Source: Bryobacterales bacterium (GTDB lineage: Bacteria; Acidobacteriota; Terriglobia; Bryobacterales; UBA6623). From it: a DNA stretch of 64,000 bases. Location: the NCBI GenBank assembly GCA_965203925.1, contig OZ241924.1, positions 906,559 to 970,558 on the forward strand, in the 5' to 3' direction. The notes beneath the pieces are model-generated. The model did not search any database. It was not told the DNA's origin and was given only the letters and a program-made list of their open reading frames with translations. A program made the translations under genes and the position numbers. Below, in pieces: positions 55,851 through 64,000 of this stretch (position 1 is the stretch's first letter; each line of letters starts with the position of its first letter).

Positions 55851-57688
55851 AGCTCCTCCTTCTCGACGATTGCGTCGGTGATGGTGCGCGCGTCCAGGGG
55901 AAGCCCCCCGTAGTAGCAGACGCTGCGCAGGTGACTGTAATCCTCCGGAAACTGGCGCCGCAGCAGCCGACGCAGCTGGCCGTCCCTGTTCTGGTCGACC
56001 ACGTAGACGCGGTCATGGCTGGCGATGAACCTCTCGACAGCCTCGCTGAACGGCCATCCGCGAACGCGGCAGTAGGCCGTCTCGAAGCCGTACTCGTCTC
56101 GCAGCTGGGTGCGGGACTCCCGCACGGGCTCGTGGCTCGTACCGGCCGCCAACAAACCGACCTTGGCTTCAGGGCGATCATCGATGACCGGTTTCGGCAA
56201 CCACTCTCGGGCACCCTCCAGTTTGCGCTTGATCCGACTCAGGTTGCGGATCCAGTCGTCCTCCCGCTCGCTGTAGTTGGCGTCCTCGTCATGCCCTGTG
56301 CCGCGGGCGAAGTACGCCGCCTGCGGGTGGCGGTTGCCTGGGACGGTGCGGTACGTGATTCCATCGCCGTCTATATCCCGGTAGCGGCCCCAATCTCCCC
56401 TCAGACGCTCGATGTCCGCCTCGGTGAGCAGCTTGCCACGGTCCATGGGCCAGTCGGGGTACTCGAACTTGTCGGCAACCCAGTAGTTCATGCCGAGGTC
56501 CAGGTCCAGCATCACGAACACCGGAGTCTGCAGCCTCTCGGCCACGTCAAAGGCGCGGGCACTGAAGTCAAAGCACTCCTCAGGGGTGGAGGGGATCAGC
56601 AGTGGGTGAATGGTGTCGCCGTGCGAAAGGTCGGCGGCCGAGATGAGGTCCCCCTGGGAGGTGCGGGTTGGAAGGCCAGTGGACGGACCCATGCGCTGCA
56701 CATCGATCAGAACCAGCGGAATCTCGGCGAAGTGCGCCAACCCGACAAATTCGGACATCAGAGAGATGCCCGGCCCGGCCGTCGTGGTCATCGCCCGAGC
56801 CCCGGCCCAGCCCGCCCCGACGGCCATGCCGATCGAGGCAAGCTCGTCCTCGGCCTGGACAATTGCGAAGGTCGCCTTTCCCGTCTTCTGGTCTGTACGG
56901 AATCGCTTGAGGTACCCCTGGGCAGACTCAGCCAGCGACGACGAGGGCGTGATCGGATACCAAGTGATCACCGAAACGCCTCCGAAAACGGCTCCGAGCG
57001 CCGCCGCTGCGTTGCCCTCGACGATGATCTTGCCACGGTTCGCGTCCATGCGCTCAAGGCGGTAGGGGTCGCGCTTGACAAGGTTGCGGGCGGACCACTC
57101 GAAGCCTGCGACCGCTGCGTCCCAGTTGATCGCGGCGGCCTTCGGCTTGGTCGAGAACTGCTTGTTTATCGCGCCGCGGATCTCCTCCATGTCGATCCCG
57201 AGCAGCCACGCCAGCACACCGTCGTAGACCATGTTGCGAACTAGCTTGCGCAATCTGGGCACGGGACAGACTGGGACGGTGAGCCGATCGAAAGGAACCG
57301 GGTAGTAGCACAGGTCGTCGCGCACGGAATCGAGCGCCAAAGGCTCGTCATAGACCACCGTCCGACCGGGCTCCAAGCCCTGCACGTCCCTGAGCGCCGT
57401 CTCCGCGTTCATCGCGACGAGCAGGTCGATTTCCCTTTTACGCCCGGTAAACCCGGCCTTATTGGCCCGGATGGTGTACCAAGTCGGCAGGCCGGCTATG
57501 TTTGACGGGAATAGGTTCTTGCCCGAGACCGGGACGCCCATGTGGAACAGTGCCCGCAGCAGCACCAGGTTGGACGACTGGCTCCCGGAGCCGTTGACCG
57601 TTGCGACCTGGATGCTGAAATCGTTGACGATCTCCGAATGGGCTTGGTATGCAGTCTCCCCTGTGGGGGACGGGCTGACGGCTTGCAT
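55847..57688 (-). CDS. korA: 2-oxoacid:ferredoxin oxidoreductase alpha subunit
   Basis: 613 aa. FSIQVATVNGSGSQSSN..., ITWYPITPSSSLAE, GAGWAGARAMTTTAGPGISLM, typical of KorA/OorA. Confidence 0.85.
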   Translation of the reverse strand: MQAVSPSPTGETAYQAHSEIVNDFSIQVATVNGSGSQSSNLVLLRALFHMGVPVSGKNLFPSNIAGLPTWYTIRANKAGFTGRKREIDLLVAMNAETALRDVQGLEPGRTVVYDEPLALDSVRDDLCYYPVPFDRLTVPVCPVPRLRKLVRNMVYDGVLAWLLGIDMEEIRGAINKQFSTKPKAAAINWDAAVAGFEWSARNLVKRDPYRLERMDANRGKIIVEGNAAAALGAVFGGVSVITWYPITPSSSLAESAQGYLKRFRTDQKTGKATFAIVQAEDELASIGMAVGAGWAGARAMTTTAGPGISLMSEFVGLAHFAEIPLVLIDVQRMGPSTGLPTRTSQGDLISAADLSHGDTIHPLLIPSTPEECFDFSARAFDVAERLQTPVFVMLDLDLGMNYWVADKFEYPDWPMDRGKLLTEADIERLRGDWGRYRDIDGDGITYRTVPGNRHPQAAYFARGTGHDEDANYSEREDDWIRNLSRIKRKLEGAREWLPKPVIDDRPEAKVGLLAAGTSHEPVRESRTQLRDEYGFETAYCRVRGWPFSEAVERFIASHDRVYVVDQNRDGQLRRLLRRQFPEDYSHLRSVCYYGGLPLDARTITDAIVEKEEL

Positions 57689-58003
57689 GGTTCAGACCAA
57701 ATGGGGGCGATTCCAGGCTGAAGGGCCAAGCACCTGGGCAGGCCCGCCGGAGAACTCCCCCAGTCGCGCCGGACTGGCGGACAGTTCCGCTCCCATGGTA
57801 ACAAATCACATGCGGCCACCGGCGCAGGCAGACGCTTCGGCGAGCCCCCCGTGTGGCCTCCGCCCCTCCAATCCGCGCGGAGCGACAGATCCGACGAGGC
57901 GACTCGGCGCAGGCGTCGGCGCTCGGTAGAATTGGGGACTAGGGGCGGTGCCCGCCCCGGCCACTGCAGGCCGCCGAGCCCCAACGCACGGCGCCTTCCC
58001 GCC

Positions 58004-59416
58004 ATGCTAGAGCACGTTCCGCCGCCGGCCACTAGGGACAGCCCGCCTGGGGAGATGGCCGCACGGCGCCACCTTGAGGCTGCATTCGCCTCGGCTGCGC
58101 AGGCCTACGGGTTCTCGGAGGTCGCCACGCCGACGTTCGAGCGCGCCGACCTGTTCGGCGCACGGTCAGGCCGAGAGATCAAGAACTCGCTGCTGACGTT
58201 CCATTGCGACCACGAGGAGTACGCGCTGCGGCCGGAAATGACGGCGCCCGTGTGCCGCATGGTAGCTTCGGGGGCCTTGGACCGGCTCCCGGGGCCTCAC
58301 AGGCTGTATTACGTAGCGCCGTGTTTCCGCTACTGTCGCCCGCACTCGGGAGGGCGGCGCGAGTTCACCCAAGCCGGCATTGAGATCCTCGGCGACGGCC
58401 GCCTGAGGGCGGATGCGGAGGTGATCGCAGCTGGCCACCGTTTCCTCACATCGGCAGGGGCACGCCACCTCTCCGTAAAGGTCGGCACGGCGGGAGTCTT
58501 CGGATCGCTGCTGCCCAGCGATCTTGGGTCGGACGACACCGCCGCGGTCATCGGCCACCTAGACCGGCTGGCGGCCATTCGGGAGCGCTGCGCTGAGGCA
58601 ATCGCCGGGCGGGACGTGCTTCTCGAAGAGCAGCTGCGCGCCGACAGGCGCGATCTCGCTACTGTCCAAATGCAGTGCGGCTACGCTGGCAGGCACGCAA
58701 TCGCCGACCGGCCGCTCTCCGAAGGGCGTGCGGTCGCCGAGGTTCTGGCGGGCGAGGCGGCCGACACGTACCGCTACCTGTGGACAGCCGAGGGTTATAT
58801 GCCGGATGAGACGGCCGACCAGCTGCTCGAGACGAGTGCCATCCAAGGTGCGCCCGGCGAAGTGGACCGCAAGGCCAGCGAGGTGCTGGCAGGAACGCCC
58901 GCATTGGGTGCAGTGACCGACCTCCTCACCCTCTGCGCACTCCTAAGGCACTACGGGATCGAGAGCGTGAAGATCACGCTCGGAATCGGCCGCGGACTCA
59001 ACTTCTATACGGGCCCGGTCTTCGAGATCGCGAGCGGGGCCGCCAAGCTATGCGGCGGAGGGCGCTACGACGGTCTTGTTGAGCTGTTCGGCGGACCGCC
59101 GACGCCAGCGACCGGCTGCGCAGTCCGGCTCGACTCCCTCAGGGACCTCGGGTACGGGGATTCCGAGGCGGCCGCCGCAGCCGGGATCAGAGTGGTGGGC
59201 GCGACCGGGTCCGACGAAGCTTCGGCGATCCGGCTCTCGGAAGCGCTGCGGGACAGAGGAGTGCTCGTGGGCGCTCCCGGGGCGCCGGTCTGGACGGTGG
59301 ACGGATCAGCTGTGAGGGCACCCGGCGGAAACCTGATGGAAGCGACGACGGGAACGGTCTTCGAGGCCCTGCGGCAAGCCAGAGGAAGGGTCCAGCCCTC
59401 AAGGGTGACCCCATGA
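58004..59416 (+). CDS. hisZ: ATP phosphoribosyltransferase regulatory subunit (HisS paralogue)
   Basis: Class-II aaRS-like core (FRYCRPHSGGRREFTQAGIEILG, NFYTGPVFE, GGGRYDGLVELFGG..PATGCAV). ATGA-coupled to hisG. Start trimmed to ATG 58004. At 470 aa it is longer than a typical HisZ, so a true HisS cannot be fully excluded. Confidence 0.6.
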   Translation: MLEHVPPPATRDSPPGEMAARRHLEAAFASAAQAYGFSEVATPTFERADLFGARSGREIKNSLLTFHCDHEEYALRPEMTAPVCRMVASGALDRLPGPHRLYYVAPCFRYCRPHSGGRREFTQAGIEILGDGRLRADAEVIAAGHRFLTSAGARHLSVKVGTAGVFGSLLPSDLGSDDTAAVIGHLDRLAAIRERCAEAIAGRDVLLEEQLRADRRDLATVQMQCGYAGRHAIADRPLSEGRAVAEVLAGEAADTYRYLWTAEGYMPDETADQLLETSAIQGAPGEVDRKASEVLAGTPALGAVTDLLTLCALLRHYGIESVKITLGIGRGLNFYTGPVFEIASGAAKLCGGGRYDGLVELFGGPPTPATGCAVRLDSLRDLGYGDSEAAAAAGIRVVGATGSDEASAIRLSEALRDRGVLVGAPGAPVWTVDGSAVRAPGGNLMEATTGTVFEALRQARGRVQPSRVTP

Positions 59417-60189
59417 GCAGCATTCGCTTCGCCCTCCCGAAGGGCAGTCTTGAGAAGAAGACGCGGGCATTCCTTGAGCGTGCCGGCATCGAGCCCAAGG
59501 GTTATGCCGACGGTACGCGCGGGTATCGGCCGGAACTGGGGATCGACGGGGTGCAGACCAAGATGATGCGGCCCCAAGAAATCCCCTACATGCTGCAGGC
59601 CGGGTACTTCGACCTCGGGATTTCCGGGATCGACTGGTACTTCGAGAGCGAGGCCTCCGCCAACGTCGAAGACTTGGTTGACTTGGGCTTCGGGCGGGTG
59701 GACATCGTTCTGTGCGTCTCGGACAAGTGGCAGGAAGTTCGGTCCGCCGAGGACCTGTTCACGAAGTTCGTCGATTCGACGGGCACTCAGCCGCTGCGCA
59801 TCTGGACGGAGTACCTGAACCTGACCGAGATGCTGATACGACAGTACACCGATCTGGAACCCTCCCTATACAGCCCCTACACCCGTTTGGGCGTGGCCCG
59901 CAGCGGGGCTTCCCCTGTGGCGATATTCCACTCGTTCGGCGCAACAGAGTCCAAGCCGCCCGAGGACGGCGAGGCGATCGTCGACAACACGGAGACTGGC
60001 AGCACGCTGCGCGCGAATGGCCTCAAGATCGTCCACAAGGTGTTGGAGGGTTCCACAGCGCACCTGCTGGCCAACCGCCGGGCACTTCGCAACCGCGACA
60101 AGCGGGCGGCGATCCATCGGGTACGGGAGAAGCTTGCAGCCGCTGCACCAACGCCGTTTGAGGAACAGCCGGCATTCGGGCACATCTGA
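59413..60189 (+). CDS. hisG: ATP phosphoribosyltransferase
   Basis: IRFALPKGSLEKKTRAFLERAGI, PQEIPYMLQAGYFDLGISGIDW and DNTETGSTLRANGLKIV motifs. Confidence 0.85.
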   Translation: MSSIRFALPKGSLEKKTRAFLERAGIEPKGYADGTRGYRPELGIDGVQTKMMRPQEIPYMLQAGYFDLGISGIDWYFESEASANVEDLVDLGFGRVDIVLCVSDKWQEVRSAEDLFTKFVDSTGTQPLRIWTEYLNLTEMLIRQYTDLEPSLYSPYTRLGVARSGASPVAIFHSFGATESKPPEDGEAIVDNTETGSTLRANGLKIVHKVLEGSTAHLLANRRALRNRDKRAAIHRVREKLAAAAPTPFEEQPAFGHI

Positions 60190-60270
60190 GTGCGCTGGAG
60201 GGGCCACCTGACTCGCAGCACAGAGGCGGGTACACCGATGGTTCCGGCTCTGCGTACGATAAGAAGCGTC

Positions 60271-60299
60271 TCCGCGTGAGTGTCCGCGTGGTATACAAT
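60271..60299 (+). promoter_or_regulatory. candidate promoter/operator of the Doc islet: tandem TCCGCGTG repeats followed by TGgTATACAAT
   Basis: Read directly: TCCGCGTG at 60271-60278 and 60283-60290 (12-nt period). TATACA/TACAAT -10-like hexamers at 60292-60299 with TG at 60289-60290. Lies about 75 nt upstream of ATG 60373 (GGAGG at 60358-60362). Confidence 0.3.
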
Positions 60300-60372
60300 C
60301 GGCTCGCCGCCCGACCGCAAGGCGGGGATGTAGACCCTCAGGCAAAGCCGATCCAACGGAGGCACGGAACCG

Positions 60373-61173
60373 ATGGCTGTTGAGCTGCGAATTCGATGGG
60401 ACGGGCAGGTAAGAGATCTTGCGGAACATCGCCTCAGCGTTGATGGCTTCGCCATCCCTCTTCACAACCTGCTCGCGGCAATGCGCCGCAGGGCCAGCAG
60501 TATCATCACTCAGGGACCCAAGCAAGGAAGCGCAGCATCAGTTGGCCGCCTAGCAGCACCCGCCGCAAAGATCGACATCGAAATAAGAGAATTGCTGGCG
60601 TCGTCTATCGGGATAAGCGGGTTCGTGGTTATGAATCAACCACAGGTAGGAGAGCAAACTTCGTTCCCATGCACTGAATTCCTCGAACACACTACCGAAC
60701 TGACACTGGATGCGATCGATGAGGAGCGCAGGGGGATACCTAGCGATCAGAGCGTCAGAAAGTACCTTGACTCACTTCCGAAGTCGATTACAGGACAAGA
60801 GTATACACTGACCTCGAATGGCCAAGTGAAGCGGACACTGTCCTTCGGCCAGTTCAAACTGTCCCAACGTGTTGACGAGTTGCCGTCCTTGAGGGAAATC
60901 GTGGGCAAGGTCATTGGCGTAGGATTTGATCCTGGAACAGATTTGGTCAGAGTAAAGGGAAATAACATGGAAGTGATCATGGAGTCTGAGTCTGCACTCG
61001 TCGAACAAGCCCTCAAACTGCGTGGTGAAAATGTTAGAGCCTCATATGTTGGTCTTGGCAGGAAAAAGAGACTCTTGCAAATCGACAACTCAAATCGTCC
61101 TCGACCTCGACTTGACGTTGACGAGTTCATATTCGAGAAGTGGAGTTCTGTGATTGAGGCATTGGCAAAGTAG
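60373..61173 (+). CDS. hypothetical 266-aa protein occupying the antitoxin position upstream of doc
   Basis: Clean ORF with low G+C (29/60 in line 60901-60960). I recognise no motif. GGAGG lies upstream. The stop is 14 nt before the doc start. Confidence 0.6.
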   Translation: MAVELRIRWDGQVRDLAEHRLSVDGFAIPLHNLLAAMRRRASSIITQGPKQGSAASVGRLAAPAAKIDIEIRELLASSIGISGFVVMNQPQVGEQTSFPCTEFLEHTTELTLDAIDEERRGIPSDQSVRKYLDSLPKSITGQEYTLTSNGQVKRTLSFGQFKLSQRVDELPSLREIVGKVIGVGFDPGTDLVRVKGNNMEVIMESESALVEQALKLRGENVRASYVGLGRKKRLLQIDNSNRPRPRLDVDEFIFEKWSSVIEALAK

Positions 61174-61187
61174 AAGAGCCTCAAAGT

Positions 61188-61607
61188 GTGACTTGGGAAT
61201 CTCTGATCACCGTTGACGAGGTAATCAAACTCCATGCAGAGTCTCTCCGACATGTCAATCAAGACATCGTCCCAATCGGTGCCAAGCAAAGGGACTGTGT
61301 TGAAGCGAGAATCAAGAACGCATGGTCGGCGGAGCAATACAGTTCTGATACAACTAGGGACGTACTGGAAGGACTCGTGTTCGCTGGCTACCTAATGTTT
61401 TACTTGGTTCAGGACCACTGCTTTCCGGATGGCAATAAGCGCATAGGATGGGTCGCAGCGATGACAATTCTTACGAAGATTGGACTGACCGTTAGGTCGT
61501 CGACCGACCAAGCTGTTCGTCTTGTCGAGGCGATTTCGACGAATCACATTGCGGAGGGCGCGACTGTGGTCCAGTGGTTGGCTGAGCGCCTAGACGCACC
61601 ACGATGA
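61188..61607 (+). CDS. doc: death-on-curing (Doc) family toxin, Fic fold
   Basis: 139 aa. ITVDEVIKLHAESL N-terminus and the Fic/Doc catalytic motif in VQDHCFPDGNKRIGWVAAMTIL (H-x-F-x-D-G-N-K-R). GTG start. Confidence 0.85.
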   Translation: MTWESLITVDEVIKLHAESLRHVNQDIVPIGAKQRDCVEARIKNAWSAEQYSSDTTRDVLEGLVFAGYLMFYLVQDHCFPDGNKRIGWVAAMTILTKIGLTVRSSTDQAVRLVEAISTNHIAEGATVVQWLAERLDAPR

Positions 61608-61770
61608 GGGATCTTGATCTAGTACGAGTTCCTGACGGGCATTACTTGCACCAACGATTCCCTAGAGGATGCCGATGCGTGACGCGAATGGTCGGCCGCG
61701 CAAGCCCGATGCCCCCATGCTTGGGGAGAACTTGCTAGCATTGGTCTGGATCGATTCGGTCTCAACTAGG

Positions 61771-64000
61771 ATGCGTCTAGGTCTCACTCGAGCCTTGGCA
61801 CTCGTAGCGGCAGCTTGCGCCGTGCCGTGCATGGCCCAGCACGGCGATCAGGCCCGTGCGTTCGCAGTGGAGATTCGGCCCCTGCTGGCCCAGCGCTGCC
61901 TGCCGTGTCACGGCGGCGAGCCCAGCGCCATCCTCGGGGGTCTCGATCTGACATCTCGGGAGTCAATGCTGCGGGGCGGCGACACGTCCAAGGACGTCTT
62001 GGTCCCCGGGAACGCCGGTGCCAGCCTCCTCTACCGTGCCGTCCGGCGGACGGATCCGAAACTCCAGATGCCTCCCAAGGAAACCGACCGGCTAACCGAG
62101 GAGGAGACTTGGCGGATCCGGGACTGGATCAACGCCGGAGCTCCCTGGCCGGATGAGGCCACTCTGCGCGCCTTGGTGGAGGATGACATGGCCAGCGCGA
62201 GGACTGACGCGGGCGTTGCCGTGTCCAGCAGCGGTGGGCTCTCCGAAGAATGGACGAACAGGCGCTACCGCGAGGAAGACCTGTGGGCCTTCCAGCCCTT
62301 GTCTACGGCTGAGCCACCCGCGTCGGAAGCCACCCATCCCGTGGATGCATTTGTCGACAGCCGGCTCTCCGAAGCGGGCCTGCAGCCTGCGCCAAGGGCC
62401 GACAGGGCCGCTCTGATCCGTCGGGCGACGTTCGACCTAACCGGCCTGCCTCCAGCGCCCGAAGAGGTTGAGGCTTTCCTGAAGGATGAGTCGCCCCAAG
62501 CGTGGAAGCGCGTGGTCGACCGGCTGCTCGAGAGTCCTCACTACGGAGAGCAGTGGGCCCGCCACTGGCTGGATGTAGTGCGCTATGCCGATACTGCCGG
62601 GTTCTCAAATGACTGGGAGCGCTCGAATGCGTGGCGCTACCGGGACTATGTCGCGCGCTCGTTCAACGATGACAAGCCCTACGACCGATTTGTGCTGGAA
62701 CAGATCGCGGGGGACCTGTTGGAACCCGACAATCCGGAAATGAGGGTGGCAACCGGCTACCTGCGCATGGGGCCTTGGGAACACACCGGAATGATGCAGA
62801 AGGTGGCCTCTCGCCAGAATTACCTGGACGACGTTACGAACAACGTCGGGCAGACCTTCCTTTCCCTGCCGCTGCGCTGCGCGAAGTGCCACGACCACAA
62901 ATTCGATCCGATTCCGACCCGCGACTACTACCGCTTCTATGCCGTCTTCGCCACCACCCAGCTGGCCGAGATGCCGACTCCCTTCCTCAAGACAGAAAAC
63001 CTGCGCTACTTCGAGCAGGAACGGGCCCGGCTGGAGAAACTCCTAGCGTGGGCGGAGGCCGATGTCGCCAAGATCAAGGCCAAGGAGGAGGCCGCTGCCC
63101 GCACTTGGAGCGCCGACAGGGGGATACCCTATCGCCCGCGCGATGAGCTAAAGGACAAGCCTGAAGGAGAGAAGCCCCCGCGGCACATTGGCCTCAGCGT
63201 GGACGATCAAGGCTACTTCAAGGTCCGCAACAATGACGCCCGCATCTGGAAGCGGCGCCTCGAGCGCTACGAGCCGCTGGCCCACAGCGTCTACGAAGGG
63301 CCCGACGTTGTCGAGCCGTCTGTCCATCTCCGCCAGCCCAAGGCCGCCGAGACCGGAGGGGACCCGCCGGAGTCGTTCATCCTTGGCGGCGGCTCCGTGT
63401 ATTCCCCCGGAGACCGGGTCGAACCGGGCGTGCTGAGCGCGGTCCCGATCAGCTACAGCCCCACATCGGCGGAGTCGGCCTGGGAAGTCCCAAGCGGTAT
63501 GACGGGCCGTCGTCTTGCGTTGGCGCGCTGGATCGCTCACGAGGACAACCCGCTCGCCACGCGTTCCATCGTCAACCGAGTCTGGCAGCATCACTTCGGG
63601 CGGGGCTTGGCAGAGAACGCAAATAACTTCGGCAAGATGGGCAAGAAGCCCACCCATCCGGAACTCCTGGACTGGTTGGCGCGCCGCCTGGTGCAGGAGG
63701 GCTGGTCCCTCAAGGCGATGCACCGCCTGATCATGACGTCCGACACCTACCAACGGGGCGACCGGCCGCCCGACAGCGGCCGGGCCGCCGAACTCGATCC
63801 GGCCAACGACCTGCTGGGCCACTTCCGCGCTCGCAGGCTTGCCGCGGAAGAGATCAGGGACTCGATGCTCGCCGCGTCCGGCGAACTGCACCGGGAGGTC
63901 GGCGGCCTTCCGGTGTTTCCGGAAGTGAACTTCGAGTTCCAGTCACAGCCCCGAATGAACCAGGTAACGATCGCGCCTGCCTACCAGCCGTCGCGCACGC
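61771..64000 (+). CDS. PSCyt1 (CxxCH) + PSCyt2 (DUF1549) + PSD (DUF1553) protein, runs off the right edge
   Basis: Absent from the ORF track because there is no stop in the window. Hand translation from ATG 61771: MRLGLTRALALVAAACAVPCMAQ... IRPLLAQRCLPCHGGE (heme motif), RRATFDLTGLPPAPEEV, SPHYGEQWARHWLDVVRYADTAGF, RCAKCHDHKFDP, NRVWQHHFGRGL. Open to 64000. Confidence 0.85.
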   Translation, partial: MRLGLTRALALVAAACAVPCMAQHGDQARAFAVEIRPLLAQRCLPCHGGEPSAILGGLDLTSRESMLRGGDTSKDVLVPGNAGASLLYRAVRRTDPKLQMPPKETDRLTEEETWRIRDWINAGAPWPDEATLRALVEDDMASARTDAGVAVSSSGGLSEEWTNRRYREEDLWAFQPLSTAEPPASEATHPVDAFVDSRLSEAGLQPAPRADRAALIRRATFDLTGLPPAPEEVEAFLKDESPQAWKRVVDRLLESPHYGEQWARHWLDVVRYADTAGFSNDWERSNAWRYRDYVARSFNDDKPYDRFVLEQIAGDLLEPDNPEMRVATGYLRMGPWEHTGMMQKVASRQNYLDDVTNNVGQTFLSLPLRCAKCHDHKFDPIPTRDYYRFYAVFATTQLAEMPTPFLKTENLRYFEQERARLEKLLAWAEADVAKIKAKEEAAARTWSADRGIPYRPRDELKDKPEGEKPPRHIGLSVDDQGYFKVRNNDARIWKRRLERYEPLAHSVYEGPDVVEPSVHLRQPKAAETGGDPPESFILGGGSVYSPGDRVEPGVLSAVPISYSPTSAESAWEVPSGMTGRRLALARWIAHEDNPLATRSIVNRVWQHHFGRGLAENANNFGKMGKKPTHPELLDWLARRLVQEGWSLKAMHRLIMTSDTYQRGDRPPDSGRAAELDPANDLLGHFRARRLAAEEIRDSMLAASGELHREVGGLPVFPEVNFEFQSQPRMNQVTIAPAYQPSRT

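Noticed and set aside
57851-58003. Upstream 51 codons of the hisZ track ORF
   Set aside because: Poly-Arg/Pro composition (RRRRRRSVELGTRGGARPGHCRPPSP). The conserved HisZ/HisS N-terminus begins right after ATG 58004.
1-64000. Scan for CRISPR arrays, rRNA, tRNA and long tandem repeats
   Set aside because: By eye, no regularly spaced direct repeats, rRNA-like conserved blocks or cloverleaf-capable 70-90-nt segments were found in intergenic regions. A computational scan (tRNAscan-SE, Infernal/Rfam, minced) is needed to be certain.

Overview
High-GC bacterial chromosome segment, with most coding lines about 65-72% G+C where I counted. It is densely coded on both strands, about 50 genes, and many neighbours overlap by 4 nt (ATGA/GTGA/TTGA). 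I saw no rRNA, tRNA or CRISPR array by eye. The gene content suggests Acidobacteriota or a PVC-group organism, by inference only: a CarboxypepD_reg-type TonB receptor, an ASPIC/UnbV FG-GAP protein, two PSCyt/PSD loci (one with DUF1501), several secreted TPR proteins, PhoD and a multiheme-TPR cytochrome. Core blocks: (1) an ABC permease fragment, TPR protein and methyltransferase; (2) TonB receptor plus Tsx-like porin, then a CusCBA-type heavy-metal RND operon with two uncharacterised flanking ORFs; (3) a minus-strand operon chain of conserved hypothetical, BadF-type kinase, AlkA, MutT, PhoD, TlpA-like redoxin and alpha/beta hydrolase; (4) an enolase-like gene, an MgtE-N/CBS soluble protein and an Nramp with NRMT-type (Mg-type) site substitutions; (5) Gfo/Idh/MocA oxidoreductase, MR/MLE dehydratase, bactofilin, trpF, Nudix-MBL fusion, DUF1501 plus PSD, and a heptaheme-TPR cytochrome; (6) DUF1080, GT39, korAB and hisZG. 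Accessory material: (a) a small nucleotidyltransferase-fold/XRE-HTH toxin-antitoxin-like pair behind a perfect palindrome (4.48-5.37 kb); (b) a decayed island at about 44.4-52.2 kb holding a frameshifted MBL pseudogene, an SBBP beta-propeller protein, a lower-GC hydrolase and possible integrase/excisionase remnants; (c) inside that island, a 2.93-kb insertion sequence with 13-bp perfect terminal inverted repeats, a 6-9 bp target duplication and two ORFs in 0/-1 frames meeting at an A5G6 tract; (d) a roughly 1.6-kb low-GC islet between hisG and a PSCyt gene that carries a Doc (Fic-fold) toxin preceded by an unrecognisable 266-aa protein instead of a Phd-size antitoxin. Two genes that run off the window edges are missing from the supplied ORF track, and I recovered them by hand translation.
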